DNA from: an uncultured delta proteobacterium
GTDB taxonomy: Bacteria; Desulfobacterota; BSN033; UBA1163
Reading direction: 5' to 3'
NCBI GenBank assembly: GCA_963708295.1
Contig: CAVPSJ010000011.1
Span: forward strand, 192,001 to 256,000
Length of the DNA stretch: 64,000 nucleotides
The notes under the pieces were generated by a model. It worked only from the letters and a program-made list of their open reading frames with translations, had not been told where the DNA came from and ran no database searches. This document shows, piece by piece, positions 1 through 9,873 of the stretch. The translations under genes were made by a program, and so were the position numbers. Every line of letters starts with the position of its first letter. Position 1 is the first letter of the stretch.

Positions 1-1379
1 GTCACAGGAGCCAGGAATTCCACCTTTTCGAAGAGAGGAGATCGATCAAGAAGAGGAATCAAATCAGAAGCCGAATCTGCAAATCCACTCAGCTCTATTT
101 CTTTGCCGTTGTATTTAAGGTTCCAGGCCCAGGTCGTGTCCGGCAAAAGCCGGGTCAACTCGTCCAGGACCGCTACCTTACTGATCTCGCCGGACCGGAT
201 CTGATTGAGCTCTACCATTTCTTTCCGATAATCGTCTCTCTGCTTTTGCAGCTTTTCAAGCGCCTCTACCGCTGGCCTTCTCTTTCTGATCTCGGCATTG
301 ACCGCTTCCGATTCTTTCCTATAATGCATGAAAGCACCCGCTCCCCACGTCAAGCCAAGAAACAGGGCCAGAGAAGTCAAAATGATCAAGAGAGGTTTTC
401 CAATTTGCCTTGCCTTTTTTCTCATCTCAACCGGAAGGAGATCGAGGTCGATCCGAGTATTGATTAATCCCCTGAGGGGAACGCCGATGGAAGCATAAAT
501 CCTCGCGGATTCCGATCTCTCCTTCGCCCCTCGAATTCGATCCATGGGAGGGAGCAAAACGCTCTTGAGTTGACCGGTTTCCCTGAGGCTCGCCAGAATG
601 CTTTCATCGACGCCTCGTCCGTAAACAAAGAAAGTGGAATTTGCAGGGGGGGAAGCGTCCCCCGACCGCTCAAAGGTGCTGATGATCTTTGCCTCTTTCC
701 TATCTTTTGGGAGGGGCAGACGGAGGCTCTCCTTCCAATCCGTTCCCCGGACGAGATTCATCTCAAAGAAAGGATCTGCGACATCGACCAGCACCGAGGT
801 TTCCTCCCCGATGTCCCCTTTGTTGTAGAAGAAAAGATTGAGGGCCGCGGCAGAGGGAATTTGGATTGAGATCGGTTGGATCCCGATTTTCTTCAAAAGG
901 GACACGTAGCTATCCACATCCGTCTTCCTGGCAAATACGACAAAAAGATGAAGCCAATCCTTTTCTTCCTTGAGAAGGCAATAGTCGAAATAGGTCTCCC
1001 CTTTGTCAAAGGGGGTGTATTTGGGCATCTCGTATTCCAGCACTTTTCTCAGGTTTTCTTTTGCGGCAAAGGGAAGCTTCATGAAGCGGGCGATCACTTT
1101 TTCCCTCGGGATTGCAGCGCACACCCTTTCTCTCTTGATGTGATGTTTGGAAATGAAGGTATTGACCAGATTGATAATTTGACTCTCCCAGTCTTCCTTC
1201 TGAGTTTCTGGAGGGATTGGGTTGACTTCGTAATCCACTAGGTTGATCCGCGCGAAAGACCTCCTGAGAAGAGTCAAAACAAGATGATCTGGCTTGAAAT
1301 CAATCCCCAAACTCTCCTCAGATATCATCCTCGGGACAAATTCCCACCACTCTTTTGCAAAATCCTTTAATCCATTCAT
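1..1379 (-). CDS. gspL: T2SS GspL / PilM-PilN-like protein (partial, runs off the left edge)
   Basis: Missing from the ORF track because there is no stop in the window. Hand translation from ATG 1379 gives MNGLKDFAKEWW...LGIDF...AIPREKVIARFMKLP...; the C-terminal ELTRLLPDTTWAWNLKYNGKEIELSGFADSASDLIPLLDRSPLFEKVEF is PilN-like. Follows gspK. Confidence 0.8.
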   Translation of the reverse strand, partial: MNGLKDFAKEWWEFVPRMISEESLGIDFKPDHLVLTLLRRSFARINLVDYEVNPIPPETQKEDWESQIINLVNTFISKHHIKRERVCAAIPREKVIARFMKLPFAAKENLRKVLEYEMPKYTPFDKGETYFDYCLLKEEKDWLHLFVVFARKTDVDSYVSLLKKIGIQPISIQIPSAAALNLFFYNKGDIGEETSVLVDVADPFFEMNLVRGTDWKESLRLPLPKDRKEAKIISTFERSGDASPPANSTFFVYGRGVDESILASLRETGQLKSVLLPPMDRIRGAKERSESARIYASIGVPLRGLINTRIDLDLLPVEMRKKARQIGKPLLIILTSLALFLGLTWGAGAFMHYRKESEAVNAEIRKRRPAVEALEKLQKQRDDYRKEMVELNQIRSGEISKVAVLDELTRLLPDTTWAWNLKYNGKEIELSGFADSASDLIPLLDRSPLFEKVEFLAPV

Positions 1380-1406
1380 CCGGCGCTCACAATGCTTCCC
1401 CCATGG

Positions 1407-2462
1407 TCAAATGAGGGCATCCACCCATTGAATGACTTTATATCCTTTTTTATCCATCCGATCAATTTTGACGATCGCCTTCAGCCCCCGGACAGCCCCA
1501 TCTTTGCTTTTCCCGCGAGACTCAATGGTATAGTAAACCGACGTCAATGCCGATGTACTTGAGAATACCAGGCGCCCCGGCACCCCCGCGATAAACGGGT
1601 TAAGTTCGGGGACCCTCTGGAGAAGATCCTGTTGATTCTGAAACTCTTTCTCTTCCCGGGCCTTCAGGGTGGCTTTCGACACTCCCATGGGAAGCCCCAA
1701 GGCAGCCCTCAGCACCGGTAAGGAAACGCTGTTGATATCAACCTGTTCTCCGGGGGCGTATACAGAGAAAACCTCTTTTAATCCGACATCGGGTGCCTTC
1801 ATCTCATCCTCTCCTGCACTCGCCCCTTTCTTTCCATAAAATAGTTCAGGAGTGACTCCCCGGACAAGGAGAAGTTCCTCGATCGAGTCCAGATTGCCAT
1901 TCTTGCAGCGATAGGGTTCTTTCAAAGACTGATAATAGTCATTCTCCGCCCCATTGATCCGGAGGAAATCATCCGGGTCTCTCCAGTCCAGGATGGAGTC
2001 CACCACGGCATCCCGCTTTTCCGCCTCCAAGCCCAGATTCCCGACCAGCTTTCGAAGCATCGCCTCAGAGACCGCGTTGATATTGATCTTTCCCGCCTCG
2101 CTCATGATCCGGAGCTCGCATTCCCCGTGATCAAATGGGAGAGCATACGGTCTCCCGTCCGGCACCCAATCCTTGTTCTCCGGAACAGTTTCTTCCGTCT
2201 TCATGGTCTTTTTCAGTTGTTGAACTCTTGGGTCATGTTTCAGAATCAGCTCTGCAATGGCTCGCTGGACCCCTCCTTGCGCCACGTTGTACAGCTGAAG
2301 CTCTTCCTTAAAGTTCTTGGTGATATTGACTTCCGTTCGCATGGCAAAGCTGAATTCCAGTACCACCACGGTGAGAATGGTAATGATCCACAAAACCATG
2401 ATCAGGGCAACCCCCCTCGATGTTCGGGGTCGGATATTCGGAACTCGGAATTTCAATTTCAT
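1407..2462 (-). CDS. gspK: T2SS minor pseudopilin GspK
   Basis: RGVALIMVLW pilin N-terminus lacking E5; motifs EAGKININ, DSILDWRDPD and EELLLVRG. Confidence 0.92.
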   Translation of the reverse strand: MKLKFRVPNIRPRTSRGVALIMVLWIITILTVVVLEFSFAMRTEVNITKNFKEELQLYNVAQGGVQRAIAELILKHDPRVQQLKKTMKTEETVPENKDWVPDGRPYALPFDHGECELRIMSEAGKININAVSEAMLRKLVGNLGLEAEKRDAVVDSILDWRDPDDFLRINGAENDYYQSLKEPYRCKNGNLDSIEELLLVRGVTPELFYGKKGASAGEDEMKAPDVGLKEVFSVYAPGEQVDINSVSLPVLRAALGLPMGVSKATLKAREEKEFQNQQDLLQRVPELNPFIAGVPGRLVFSSTSALTSVYYTIESRGKSKDGAVRGLKAIVKIDRMDKKGYKVIQWVDALI

Positions 2463-2477
2463 GCCATCGTCTCGGAG

Positions 2478-3272
2478 CTAAGGTCTCTGAATCGTCTTTC
2501 GTTGCAATCCGCCCTGACCTCCCAATCCCATCGGACCCGTCTTCGTCTCTTCGAACTGGTAAGCTGAAATCGAAGCGAGGACAGTGATCGGGGGGGCCTC
2601 TTCTTTGTCTCTTTCATTCCAGTAGGTGACCGTCATTCGAAGGGCCTTCGGCAACTCCTTCTCCTCCTTCGCATTCCATTCCTCGACCCACTCTTCCGAA
2701 CGGTTCTTCTCCGTGTCCGCTTCCCTGTAATATTTAAAACTGATCTGCGAGATACCTTCAAAAAGCGTCACGGCGGAGTCTTCTTTCAGGTCCTCTTCGA
2801 AGAAATCCTTATTCAAGGCCTTCTCCTCATAAAGAATGAACCGCCCCTTCTTCCCCCCCTCGTCCTTAAATTGATAAACCACATAGACAAACCCTTCCGG
2901 CCGTCTTGCCTTGATGGGCAGGGCGGACACGAATCTTAGGGAATGGGCTTTCCCATCGAAAGCAAGGTAATTTCCTTCTGCCTTTTCGGTCTTTATTTTA
3001 TAGGGAACAGCCGATTTGATCTGCCGGGATACCAATTGTGAAATCATCCGGATTTTCTGGTAATCTTCCTTGATGGCATCCCCTTTCTCCCAGGAAGAAA
3101 GGCCAAGACGAAAAGTCCCGGAAACCATCAGAAGGATGAACACCAGAATGGTCAGAGCCACGATTACTTCGATCAGGGTGAATCCCAATGACCTCCCTGT
3201 GTTGGCGCCCGAGACACTCGCCCTTTTCTTTGATTTTTCAACCGGTTTCTCTTGACCCATCAGCTGTCTCAA
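2478..3272 (-). CDS. gspJ: T2SS pseudopilin GspJ
   Basis: GFTLIEVIVAL prepilin motif; C-terminal W..W...ELPKALRMT; operon position. True start may be 3260. Confidence 0.8.
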   Translation of the reverse strand: MRQLMGQEKPVEKSKKRASVSGANTGRSLGFTLIEVIVALTILVFILLMVSGTFRLGLSSWEKGDAIKEDYQKIRMISQLVSRQIKSAVPYKIKTEKAEGNYLAFDGKAHSLRFVSALPIKARRPEGFVYVVYQFKDEGGKKGRFILYEEKALNKDFFEEDLKEDSAVTLFEGISQISFKYYREADTEKNRSEEWVEEWNAKEEKELPKALRMTVTYWNERDKEEAPPITVLASISAYQFEETKTGPMGLGGQGGLQRKTIQRP

Positions 3273-3278
3273 CTCCCA

Positions 3279-3713
3279 TTAACTCTTTTTCGCACCCTCA
3301 TCATCGGGTTTGATCGCCCTGAAAGATTCTATGCTCGCAGACTTTTCCTTAGCCCCAGATTTCCAGAAGATATCGATCTTGACCTGGAAAAGATCGATAG
3401 GAGGTTTGTAGTCGACGCTCTTATCGATGGAAAGAAGATCCACCTTTTTGACCCCGACTTGCCATCGGAACGCTCCGTCGTCAGACTCCCCCTCCTCGAT
3501 CCCTTCCTGAACCGAAGGTTTCAATGTCACCTCTTCCATTTTCATCCGTGCATAATTGACAGCTTTCGTATATTCCATAGAAGCTCTCGCCAGACGTAAA
3601 CCGCCTGAAAAGAGTTCGATGATCACTGTTAACCCCACCCCTAAGATGGCAAGGGCAACCACCACCTCGATCAATGTGAACCCTTTGTTTCGACTGGATC
3701 GGCGAATGTTCAT
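3279..3713 (-). CDS. gspI: T2SS pseudopilin GspI
   Basis: KGFTLIEVVVALAI motif; 144 aa; operon position. Confidence 0.8.
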   Translation of the reverse strand: MNIRRSSRNKGFTLIEVVVALAILGVGLTVIIELFSGGLRLARASMEYTKAVNYARMKMEEVTLKPSVQEGIEEGESDDGAFRWQVGVKKVDLLSIDKSVDYKPPIDLFQVKIDIFWKSGAKEKSASIESFRAIKPDDEGAKKS

Positions 3714-3795
3714 TGCGTGACCAAACTTTAAGTTTTGAGTTTTTGATTCAACGCCTAAAACTCAACCCTCATCATTCAAAACTATTTTTCCCCGT

Positions 3796-4296
3796 TCACT
3801 GTTCGATCGCTACCGCTCCTGTGATGAAATGGATCTTGATTCTGTATCCTTTTCTCTCCTGGCTATCGAGAAGGACCGAGCCTCCATTCGAACCTCCGTT
3901 GGGGTAGAATTCAACCGCCGGGAGGTCGCAGGGGTACTCCGGAGCAGGAAAATCGAACTCTTTCATCCGAACACCCTCGGGGAGTCCGTAAAGGGTTTTA
4001 GCGCCCTCCCCTCCCTTCTTTTCACCCGCTTCCTTCTCAATAGCTGGCTCCGCTAAAGATATCGATTGAACCTTCACGACCTTCGATTCAGAATCAAACA
4101 GAACCTGATAGACCAATCCCTTGTTAATGGCCTCACTTCGGTAGTAGCGGAGGATACCTGAAACCTTTTTGGCTGCTGCTTTTAACTCGATCGTTCTCGA
4201 CAGGTTCGACATAGACGACGTTACCAAAGAGGCAGACAGAACAAGGATGGTCAGAACGATGATCACCTCCATCAATGAAAAACCCTTGTTCTTCAT
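3796..4296 (-). CDS. gspH: T2SS pseudopilin GspH/FimT
   Basis: KGFSLMEVIIV motif and FYPNGGSNGG motif; overlaps the gspG stop. Confidence 0.85.
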   Translation of the reverse strand: MKNKGFSLMEVIIVLTILVLSASLVTSSMSNLSRTIELKAAAKKVSGILRYYRSEAINKGLVYQVLFDSESKVVKVQSISLAEPAIEKEAGEKKGGEGAKTLYGLPEGVRMKEFDFPAPEYPCDLPAVEFYPNGGSNGGSVLLDSQERKGYRIKIHFITGAVAIEQ

Positions 4297-4751
4297 CTGC
4301 CGATATCCTTCCAGCTGACGACATCCAGATTTTCGCCTTCCCCCCCTTCTGCACCGTCGAGACCGTAGGTGAGAAGATCATAATCGCCGTGTTCGCCCGG
4401 GCATTTATAGATATAGGGTTTTCCCCAGGGGTCGACGGGGATCTCTTTGGGGAGATACGGACCCTGCCACGCCTCCGCTCCGGAAGGTTTTTCCCGAAGG
4501 GCCTTCAATCCCTCTTCCACCGTCGGATATCTGCCCACATCGAGCCGGAATGTGTCCAGAGCGGTGCCGAACATCTCAATCTGCGCTTTGGCGGCCTTTT
4601 GTTTTGCCACGCTGACCTTCCCAAACAGTCTCGGTCCCACCAGGGCAGCCAGCAAACCCAGGATGGTGATGACCACAAGGATCTCGAAGAGGGTGAAACC
4701 CCGTTGTTTTTGTTTCATGTCGGACATCATCTTCTCTTCTCCTTTTGGCAT
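4293..4751 (-). CDS. gspG: T2SS major pseudopilin GspG
   Basis: GFTLFEILVV, ALDTFRLDVGRYPT, WQGPYL, PVDPWG, GLDGAEGGEGENLD. True start is probably a downstream Met. Confidence 0.95.
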   Translation of the reverse strand: MPKGEEKMMSDMKQKQRGFTLFEILVVITILGLLAALVGPRLFGKVSVAKQKAAKAQIEMFGTALDTFRLDVGRYPTVEEGLKALREKPSGAEAWQGPYLPKEIPVDPWGKPYIYKCPGEHGDYDLLTYGLDGAEGGEGENLDVVSWKDIGR

Positions 4752-4754
4752 CGA

Positions 4755-5969
4755 TTAAAAAGGAAGATCGTTCACACTGAGTATCGCCCAGAGAATCGAG
4801 ACCACAATGAATAGAATCACCCCTCCCATGAACAGGATGATCAGGGGCTCCAACAAGGAGACGAACCGCTTCACGGCGGTCCGAACATTTTCCTCGTAGG
4901 CCTCCGCCACTTTGATCAACATCTGGTCGAGAGTCCCGGTCTCCTCTCCCACACTGATCATGTGGATCGCCAGGGGGGGGAACACCCCGGTCTCCTCCAT
5001 CGATTTGGAGACCCCTTTTCCTTCTCTCAGCCGATCGTGGACGTGGGCGATCGATCTTGAAATCGCCAGATTTTGCGAAATCTCTTTGACGAGATTAAAG
5101 GCCGGGAGAATGGAGACGCCACTCTGCAGCAGGGTTCCCAGCGTCCTTGCAAACCGTGCCATCTCCATTTTCTTGATGAGATCCCCCACGACCATCCATC
5201 TCAGCTTGGCCCGGTCCCATCTCCACTTCCTTTCCTCGTCTTTTGTATAAGCCTTGAGCCCGAAGTAAATCAGCAATACCGCTCCCACGCCAGCCCACCA
5301 GTAATCCCTTACCAGCTGGCTGAACGTCAGGACAATCTGCGTCGGCAAGGGGATGGTCTGTTTGATGTCGGAAAATATCCTTGCAAATCTTGGTATCACA
5401 AAAGTAACCAGAACGGTGATGGAGATCCCTGTGACAACGGTCAATATCAGGGGATAAATCATCACGGAAATCAAATGGTCCCTAATCTCTTTCATCCCTT
5501 CAAGATATTGCGCCAGCCGGGACAGGATCGTCTCCAGAAAGCCTCCCGACTCTCCCGCCCTGATCATATTGATGTAGAGCTTGGGAAAGACGCGCGAGTG
5601 GTTTCCCATTGCCTCGGCCAATGAATTGCCCCCCTCTACTTTTTTCAACACATCTTTCACCGTCTCTCGCAAGGTAACATTTTCCGTGAGTGTTCCCAGG
5701 ATATTGAGACTCCGGTCGAGGGGTAAACCCGCTGAGATGAGCGTAGAAAGCTCCTGCGTGAAGGCGAGCAGGTTCTTAACCCCGACCCGCTGTCGCAAGA
5801 AAGGGGGGAGACGGAGGCCTGTTCCTTTTTCCTGGTGGGAGGTAATTCGGATGGGGATATACCCTAATTGGTGGAGATTCTGGATGATCGCTTCTTCATC
5901 CTTCCCATCCATTGCCCCTTCAACGGTTTGCCCCTTCAAGGTGGTCGCTTTGTAAAGATACTCTGCCAT
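4755..5969 (-). CDS. gspF: T2SS inner-membrane platform protein GspF
   Basis: Two GspF repeats (AGESGG.LE; VGEETGTLD); LLEPLII. Confidence 0.95.
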   Translation of the reverse strand: MAEYLYKATTLKGQTVEGAMDGKDEEAIIQNLHQLGYIPIRITSHQEKGTGLRLPPFLRQRVGVKNLLAFTQELSTLISAGLPLDRSLNILGTLTENVTLRETVKDVLKKVEGGNSLAEAMGNHSRVFPKLYINMIRAGESGGFLETILSRLAQYLEGMKEIRDHLISVMIYPLILTVVTGISITVLVTFVIPRFARIFSDIKQTIPLPTQIVLTFSQLVRDYWWAGVGAVLLIYFGLKAYTKDEERKWRWDRAKLRWMVVGDLIKKMEMARFARTLGTLLQSGVSILPAFNLVKEISQNLAISRSIAHVHDRLREGKGVSKSMEETGVFPPLAIHMISVGEETGTLDQMLIKVAEAYEENVRTAVKRFVSLLEPLIILFMGGVILFIVVSILWAILSVNDLPF

Positions 5970-5973
5970 ACGG

Positions 5974-7680
5974 TTAAAGCACTTCCTCTTGTGTGACGCG
6001 CAAGACTTCGGAGATGGTGGTAACTCCCTGCTTCACTTTTAACCATCCGTCCTCTCTCAGCGTTCTCAAGCCATTTTTTCGAGCCGCTTCCTTGATGATA
6101 TTCGAATCTTTCTTCCCCAGGATAAGCTTCTGGACATCGTCGGTCATCTTAAGAAACTCATAAATCCCCGTTCGCCCCCAATATCCCGTGTTAGAGCATT
6201 TGTCGCAACCTTTCACTTCTGAAACCTTAAGACCCGCAAGGTCCGAGCTGTTGAGCTTCATCTCTTTCAGGACTCCAGAGGAGGGTGAATAGGGTACCCG
6301 GCAGAAAGGGCAGGCAACCCTCACGAGTCGCTGTGCCAATATTCCGATGACGGTGGAAGAGAGGAGATAATCTTCCGTTCCCATATCGATGAGTCGTGTG
6401 ATGGCGCTGGGGGCATCATTCGTATGGAGGGTGGTGAGGACCAGGTGTCCGGTCAGGGCGGAATGAATGGCGATTTCAGCCGTCTCGGCATCCCGGATCT
6501 CACCGATGAGGATGACATCCGGATCCTGACGGACAATCGATCGCAAGGAATTGGCAAAGGTTAACCCGATCGCAGGCTTAACCTGAATCTGATTGATCCC
6601 TCTCAATTGATACTCTACCGGATCTTCTACGGTGATGATCTTTTTATCAGGGGAGTTGATCTTTTCCAGAGCGCAGTAAAGGGTGGTCGTCTTTCCGCTC
6701 CCTGTGGGACCTGTGACAAGTATGATTCCATGAGGTCTCTGGATGAGGTCTCTGAACCCGTCCATCGTATCTTCCGGAAAACCTAATTTCTCGATGTCCA
6801 GAACGATGCTGCTTTTATCGAGAATCCGTAAAACGATGCTTTCCCCGTGAATCGTCGGAATCGAGGAAACCCTGAAATCGATCTCCTTCCCTTTGACCCG
6901 AAGCATGATCCGCCCGTCCTGGGGAAGACGTCTCTCTGCAATGTTCAATTTGGCCATGATTTTAACACGGGAAACGATGGCTGACTGGAGGCGTTTGGGA
7001 GGGGATTCTACATCGTGAAGCACTCCGTCGATTCGATACCGAACCCTAAACTGCTCCTCGAAAGGTTCAAAGTGGATGTCACTCGCCCGCAGTTCAATCG
7101 CCCGGGTAATGATCAGGTTGACGAGGCGGATCACAGGCCCTTCAGAGGCCATATCCCGCAAGTGGTCAATATTTTCCTCATCTTCTTCCCGATATTCCGG
7201 TACGGCCTCCGTGTCCTCGATAATCTTCTCCATCGACGTCGCGCCCGCCCCGTAAGATCGCTCGATGGCCTCTACGATTTCATTCTCCCGTCCCGCAAGC
7301 ACATGAATCTCAAAATTCGTCGCTAGCCGGATGGCATCGATTGTATAAAAGTCGAGAGGGTTGTTCATGATGACCGTTAACGTGTTATCCGACAAGCGAG
7401 AGGGGACAAATTTTGACTCTTTCATGAATTGGATCGACAGGTAATCGAACAATATGGGTTCCTTTGGAAAATCGTCTTTGGACGCAAAAGGGACTCCAAA
7501 GAATTCTTCTGCGGCTGAGCGAAGCTGTTCCGGGCTAAGAAGTCCGGCGTTGACCAGCTGTTCTTCGACAGAAAGGTCCCCGATGGGCTGATTTGGAGAA
7601 AGGACCTTTTCCAAATCTTCTTTCTCGATCAATCCCTTTTCAACGAGGTAATACGCAATCCGGGATCCTATGTTATCCAT
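5974..7680 (-). CDS. gspE: T2SS ATPase GspE
   Basis: ASDIHFEP, Walker A GPTGSGKTTT, TVEDPVE, RQDPDVILIGEIRD, tetra-Cys motif. Confidence 0.95.
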   Translation of the reverse strand: MDNIGSRIAYYLVEKGLIEKEDLEKVLSPNQPIGDLSVEEQLVNAGLLSPEQLRSAAEEFFGVPFASKDDFPKEPILFDYLSIQFMKESKFVPSRLSDNTLTVIMNNPLDFYTIDAIRLATNFEIHVLAGRENEIVEAIERSYGAGATSMEKIIEDTEAVPEYREEDEENIDHLRDMASEGPVIRLVNLIITRAIELRASDIHFEPFEEQFRVRYRIDGVLHDVESPPKRLQSAIVSRVKIMAKLNIAERRLPQDGRIMLRVKGKEIDFRVSSIPTIHGESIVLRILDKSSIVLDIEKLGFPEDTMDGFRDLIQRPHGIILVTGPTGSGKTTTLYCALEKINSPDKKIITVEDPVEYQLRGINQIQVKPAIGLTFANSLRSIVRQDPDVILIGEIRDAETAEIAIHSALTGHLVLTTLHTNDAPSAITRLIDMGTEDYLLSSTVIGILAQRLVRVACPFCRVPYSPSSGVLKEMKLNSSDLAGLKVSEVKGCDKCSNTGYWGRTGIYEFLKMTDDVQKLILGKKDSNIIKEAARKNGLRTLREDGWLKVKQGVTTISEVLRVTQEEVL

Positions 7681-7691
7681 TTCCCCTTTGC

Positions 7692-8585
7692 TTACATCAC
7701 TGTTAAATCGCAGAGATACAGGACCAAGGTATCGAAGATCGATTCGTGTCGATGGTTATACCGAAATTCCATCTCCTTCAAATAAAATGGGAATTTTTGT
7801 TCCGAAATACCGTGAAATTTGTTCATTCTCTCCTTCGCGTAGCTCCAGAAGCCGTTCGCACCATTCATATGAACACCGCTCCTGCTGAATTTTCTCCCGT
7901 AATCGACGGCGAAATGTTTGTAGCCGGAAAAAATCAACGCGTCATAACTTCCCCATCTGTCCGTGTAAATAACCGAACCTCTTCGGCCGGTCTCTACGCC
8001 CAGGTTGAGAACGGCCTCCGCACTCAGGTCTTGAAGGGGTTCTACTTTTACGAACCCTTTCCTTTCAAGGATACCGAAAACAGGCACTTTGGTTTTGGAA
8101 TCCCGATTCTCAACAGAGGTTCCCCTGCCTTCCCCGTCCAGCAATGAGTCGGAATCCCCGGAATGGGCGATGATCGACTGCCGGATGAGGTGAAACGCCT
8201 TGTGCACCGTGGGATAAGAGACCCCCGATTGCTGAGAAGCCTCCCTGGCCGAGATCCCCAATTCAAATAATTTGATCAGCCAGACCCAGTCTGGAGGTGG
8301 GAGTTTAACCTTATTGATCCATCTTCCTGTAAAATCAGAGAATTCATAATCGCACTGACCGCAACGGTATCGATCCCGCCGGATCCGATAAATTTTCTTT
8401 GTTTTGCAACGTATGCAAAAACGGACATCACTTTTCCAGCAAGCCTTAACGAGATATCGCTTAATACTCCCTTCGCCCCTTACGTTGAGTTTAAACGACT
8501 TCAGATTCATAATACTCATACCATTTTTCTCTTTTGCTGGCAAATCTTTTATAATACCACCATTTTCCGATAGATATCCATTCAA
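7692..8585 (-). CDS. IS1595 (ISXO2-like) transposase homolog with degenerate catalytic motifs
   Basis: Zn ribbon CIRC...CGQC, HTH (GISAREASQQSGVSYPTV), KVPVFGILER, SVIYTD, HMNGANGFWSYAK, FYLKEMEFRYNHR. Stop lies 11 nt before the gspE ATG. Start uncertain (8585 or 8520). Confidence 0.8.
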   Translation of the reverse strand: MNGYLSENGGIIKDLPAKEKNGMSIMNLKSFKLNVRGEGSIKRYLVKACWKSDVRFCIRCKTKKIYRIRRDRYRCGQCDYEFSDFTGRWINKVKLPPPDWVWLIKLFELGISAREASQQSGVSYPTVHKAFHLIRQSIIAHSGDSDSLLDGEGRGTSVENRDSKTKVPVFGILERKGFVKVEPLQDLSAEAVLNLGVETGRRGSVIYTDRWGSYDALIFSGYKHFAVDYGRKFSRSGVHMNGANGFWSYAKERMNKFHGISEQKFPFYLKEMEFRYNHRHESIFDTLVLYLCDLTVM

Positions 8586-8791
8586 GGAAATGAGGTGAAG
8601 ACAGTATTTTCTGTAGAAAAATACCCTATTCCCAGTATGAGGCGCTAGACACCCCTTCTATGCAACGGTCAGGCTTTTAACTCCCTCTTTGGCAAAAACC
8701 CCTTACTCACCTTCCCCTCGACAAAGGTCTCTTACCTGTCTCCCCTTTGGCAAAGGGAGGGTGTGGAAAAATTGATTTGGCTCTTTTTCAT

Positions 8792-8839
8792 GTCATTCCA
8801 GCCCCGTCCTACAACGGGGCAAACTCCAGCCGGAATCCA
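8792..8839. repeat. REP-like palindromic element (GTCATTCC...GGAATCCA family)
   Basis: gtcattccagccccgtcctacaacggggcaaactccagccggaatcca; a related copy in the opposite orientation lies at 17129-17176. Confidence 0.7.
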
Positions 8840-9034
8840 TTGTTTTTATTATGACATGACGAACTGACCGGGCCCCGGGCAATCTGATGTCAAAAAGAGA
8901 GGCCCCTTAGACGGCTGATGTTGTAGTATATTTCTTAAATCGTGCCGAAAACGATCCATCCATGGATACAGGTCTCCGCCCTTGAGTGAAGGGCAACCCC
9001 AAGGAATCAAAGTGAGAAATGAGGTGGGAACTTT

Positions 9035-9817
9035 TCAATTCCCGATGAGTTGGATGAGCGCTTTGGCGTCTTTGTATCCGGGGAAAACTCTGCCATCGGG
9101 CAGGATTATAGCGGGAACACTCGTAATACCTAGCTTTTCAGCGAGCTTTATATTTTCGTCAATCGCTAACGTCTCGCATTTTGATTTAGGGATTGCCTTC
9201 TTCTCAAAAGCATCTTCAAGGAGTGCAAGGGACTTTTCGCAAACAATAGACTTTGATTTCTCGTAGGCCTCGGGATGATTCTTGAGGGGAAACAGTTTTA
9301 TATAGAAGGCAATATCTTTTCTTTCTCCGAGGGTCTTCTTCATCTCCTGATGAAGTTTTGAACAGTAGGGTCAGTCAGGGTCGGTAAAGACAATCACCCG
9401 AATCCTGGCCTTTTCATCACCCATCACCAAGGCATCGTGAAGGGGTATCTGTGATACATCAACTTTATTGAGTTCTACAAGTTTTTCCTGGGTTAGATTT
9501 TTCCTTTCTGCTATCGAAACCAACGCACCCGAAAAAAAATGCTTCTTGAGAAAATCGACATAGACGATTCCCTTCCGGCCCCTCGATTCTAAGTCCACCT
9601 CCCAGACTCCTTTTACAGGGCTGAGTCGAACATCGAGAATGACTACATCCGGGATGAGATTTTTCAGGAGATCCTTGGCTTCATCTTTGTTCAGCGTGTG
9701 ACATTTTGAACACTCCTGGCCTCTTGTTTCAAAAGCGTGAGCGTTGGCCAACGGGAAGAGACAGAGTAGGAATATAAAGCCAGCAAAGAGTTGTCGAAAC
9801 ATGGTTTTTCTTAACAT
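9035..9817 (-). CDS. dsbC: DsbC-family thiol:disulfide oxidoreductase; probable selenoprotein (UPYC) with an N-terminal CxxCH motif
   Basis: ORFs 9371-9877 and 9035-9343 are in frame across TGA 9373-9371, giving FTDPD-U-PYCSKLHQEMK. Signal peptide, CSKCH, cis-Pro loop GITSVP. Start 9817 or 9802. Confidence 0.85.
9338..9355 (-). promoter_or_regulatory. Bacterial SECIS-like hairpin
   Basis: CUUCAUC-AGGA-GAUGAAG: perfect 7-bp stem; the loop starts 22 nt after the UGA and has G at position 2. Confidence 0.7.
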
Positions 9818-9873
9818 ACAATCACATTTTGTACAAGGATGGAACTTTTCACTTTCAGGATCAATTACCTCTA

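Noticed and set aside
8930-8950. Sigma54 promoter for the T2SS operon
   Set aside because: CGGCACGATTTAAGA has the -24 GG but GA instead of GC at -12.
9371-9373. Nonsense mutation making dsbC a pseudogene
   Set aside because: The TGA falls exactly on the catalytic Cys and is followed by a SECIS-like hairpin, so selenocysteine is the simpler reading.
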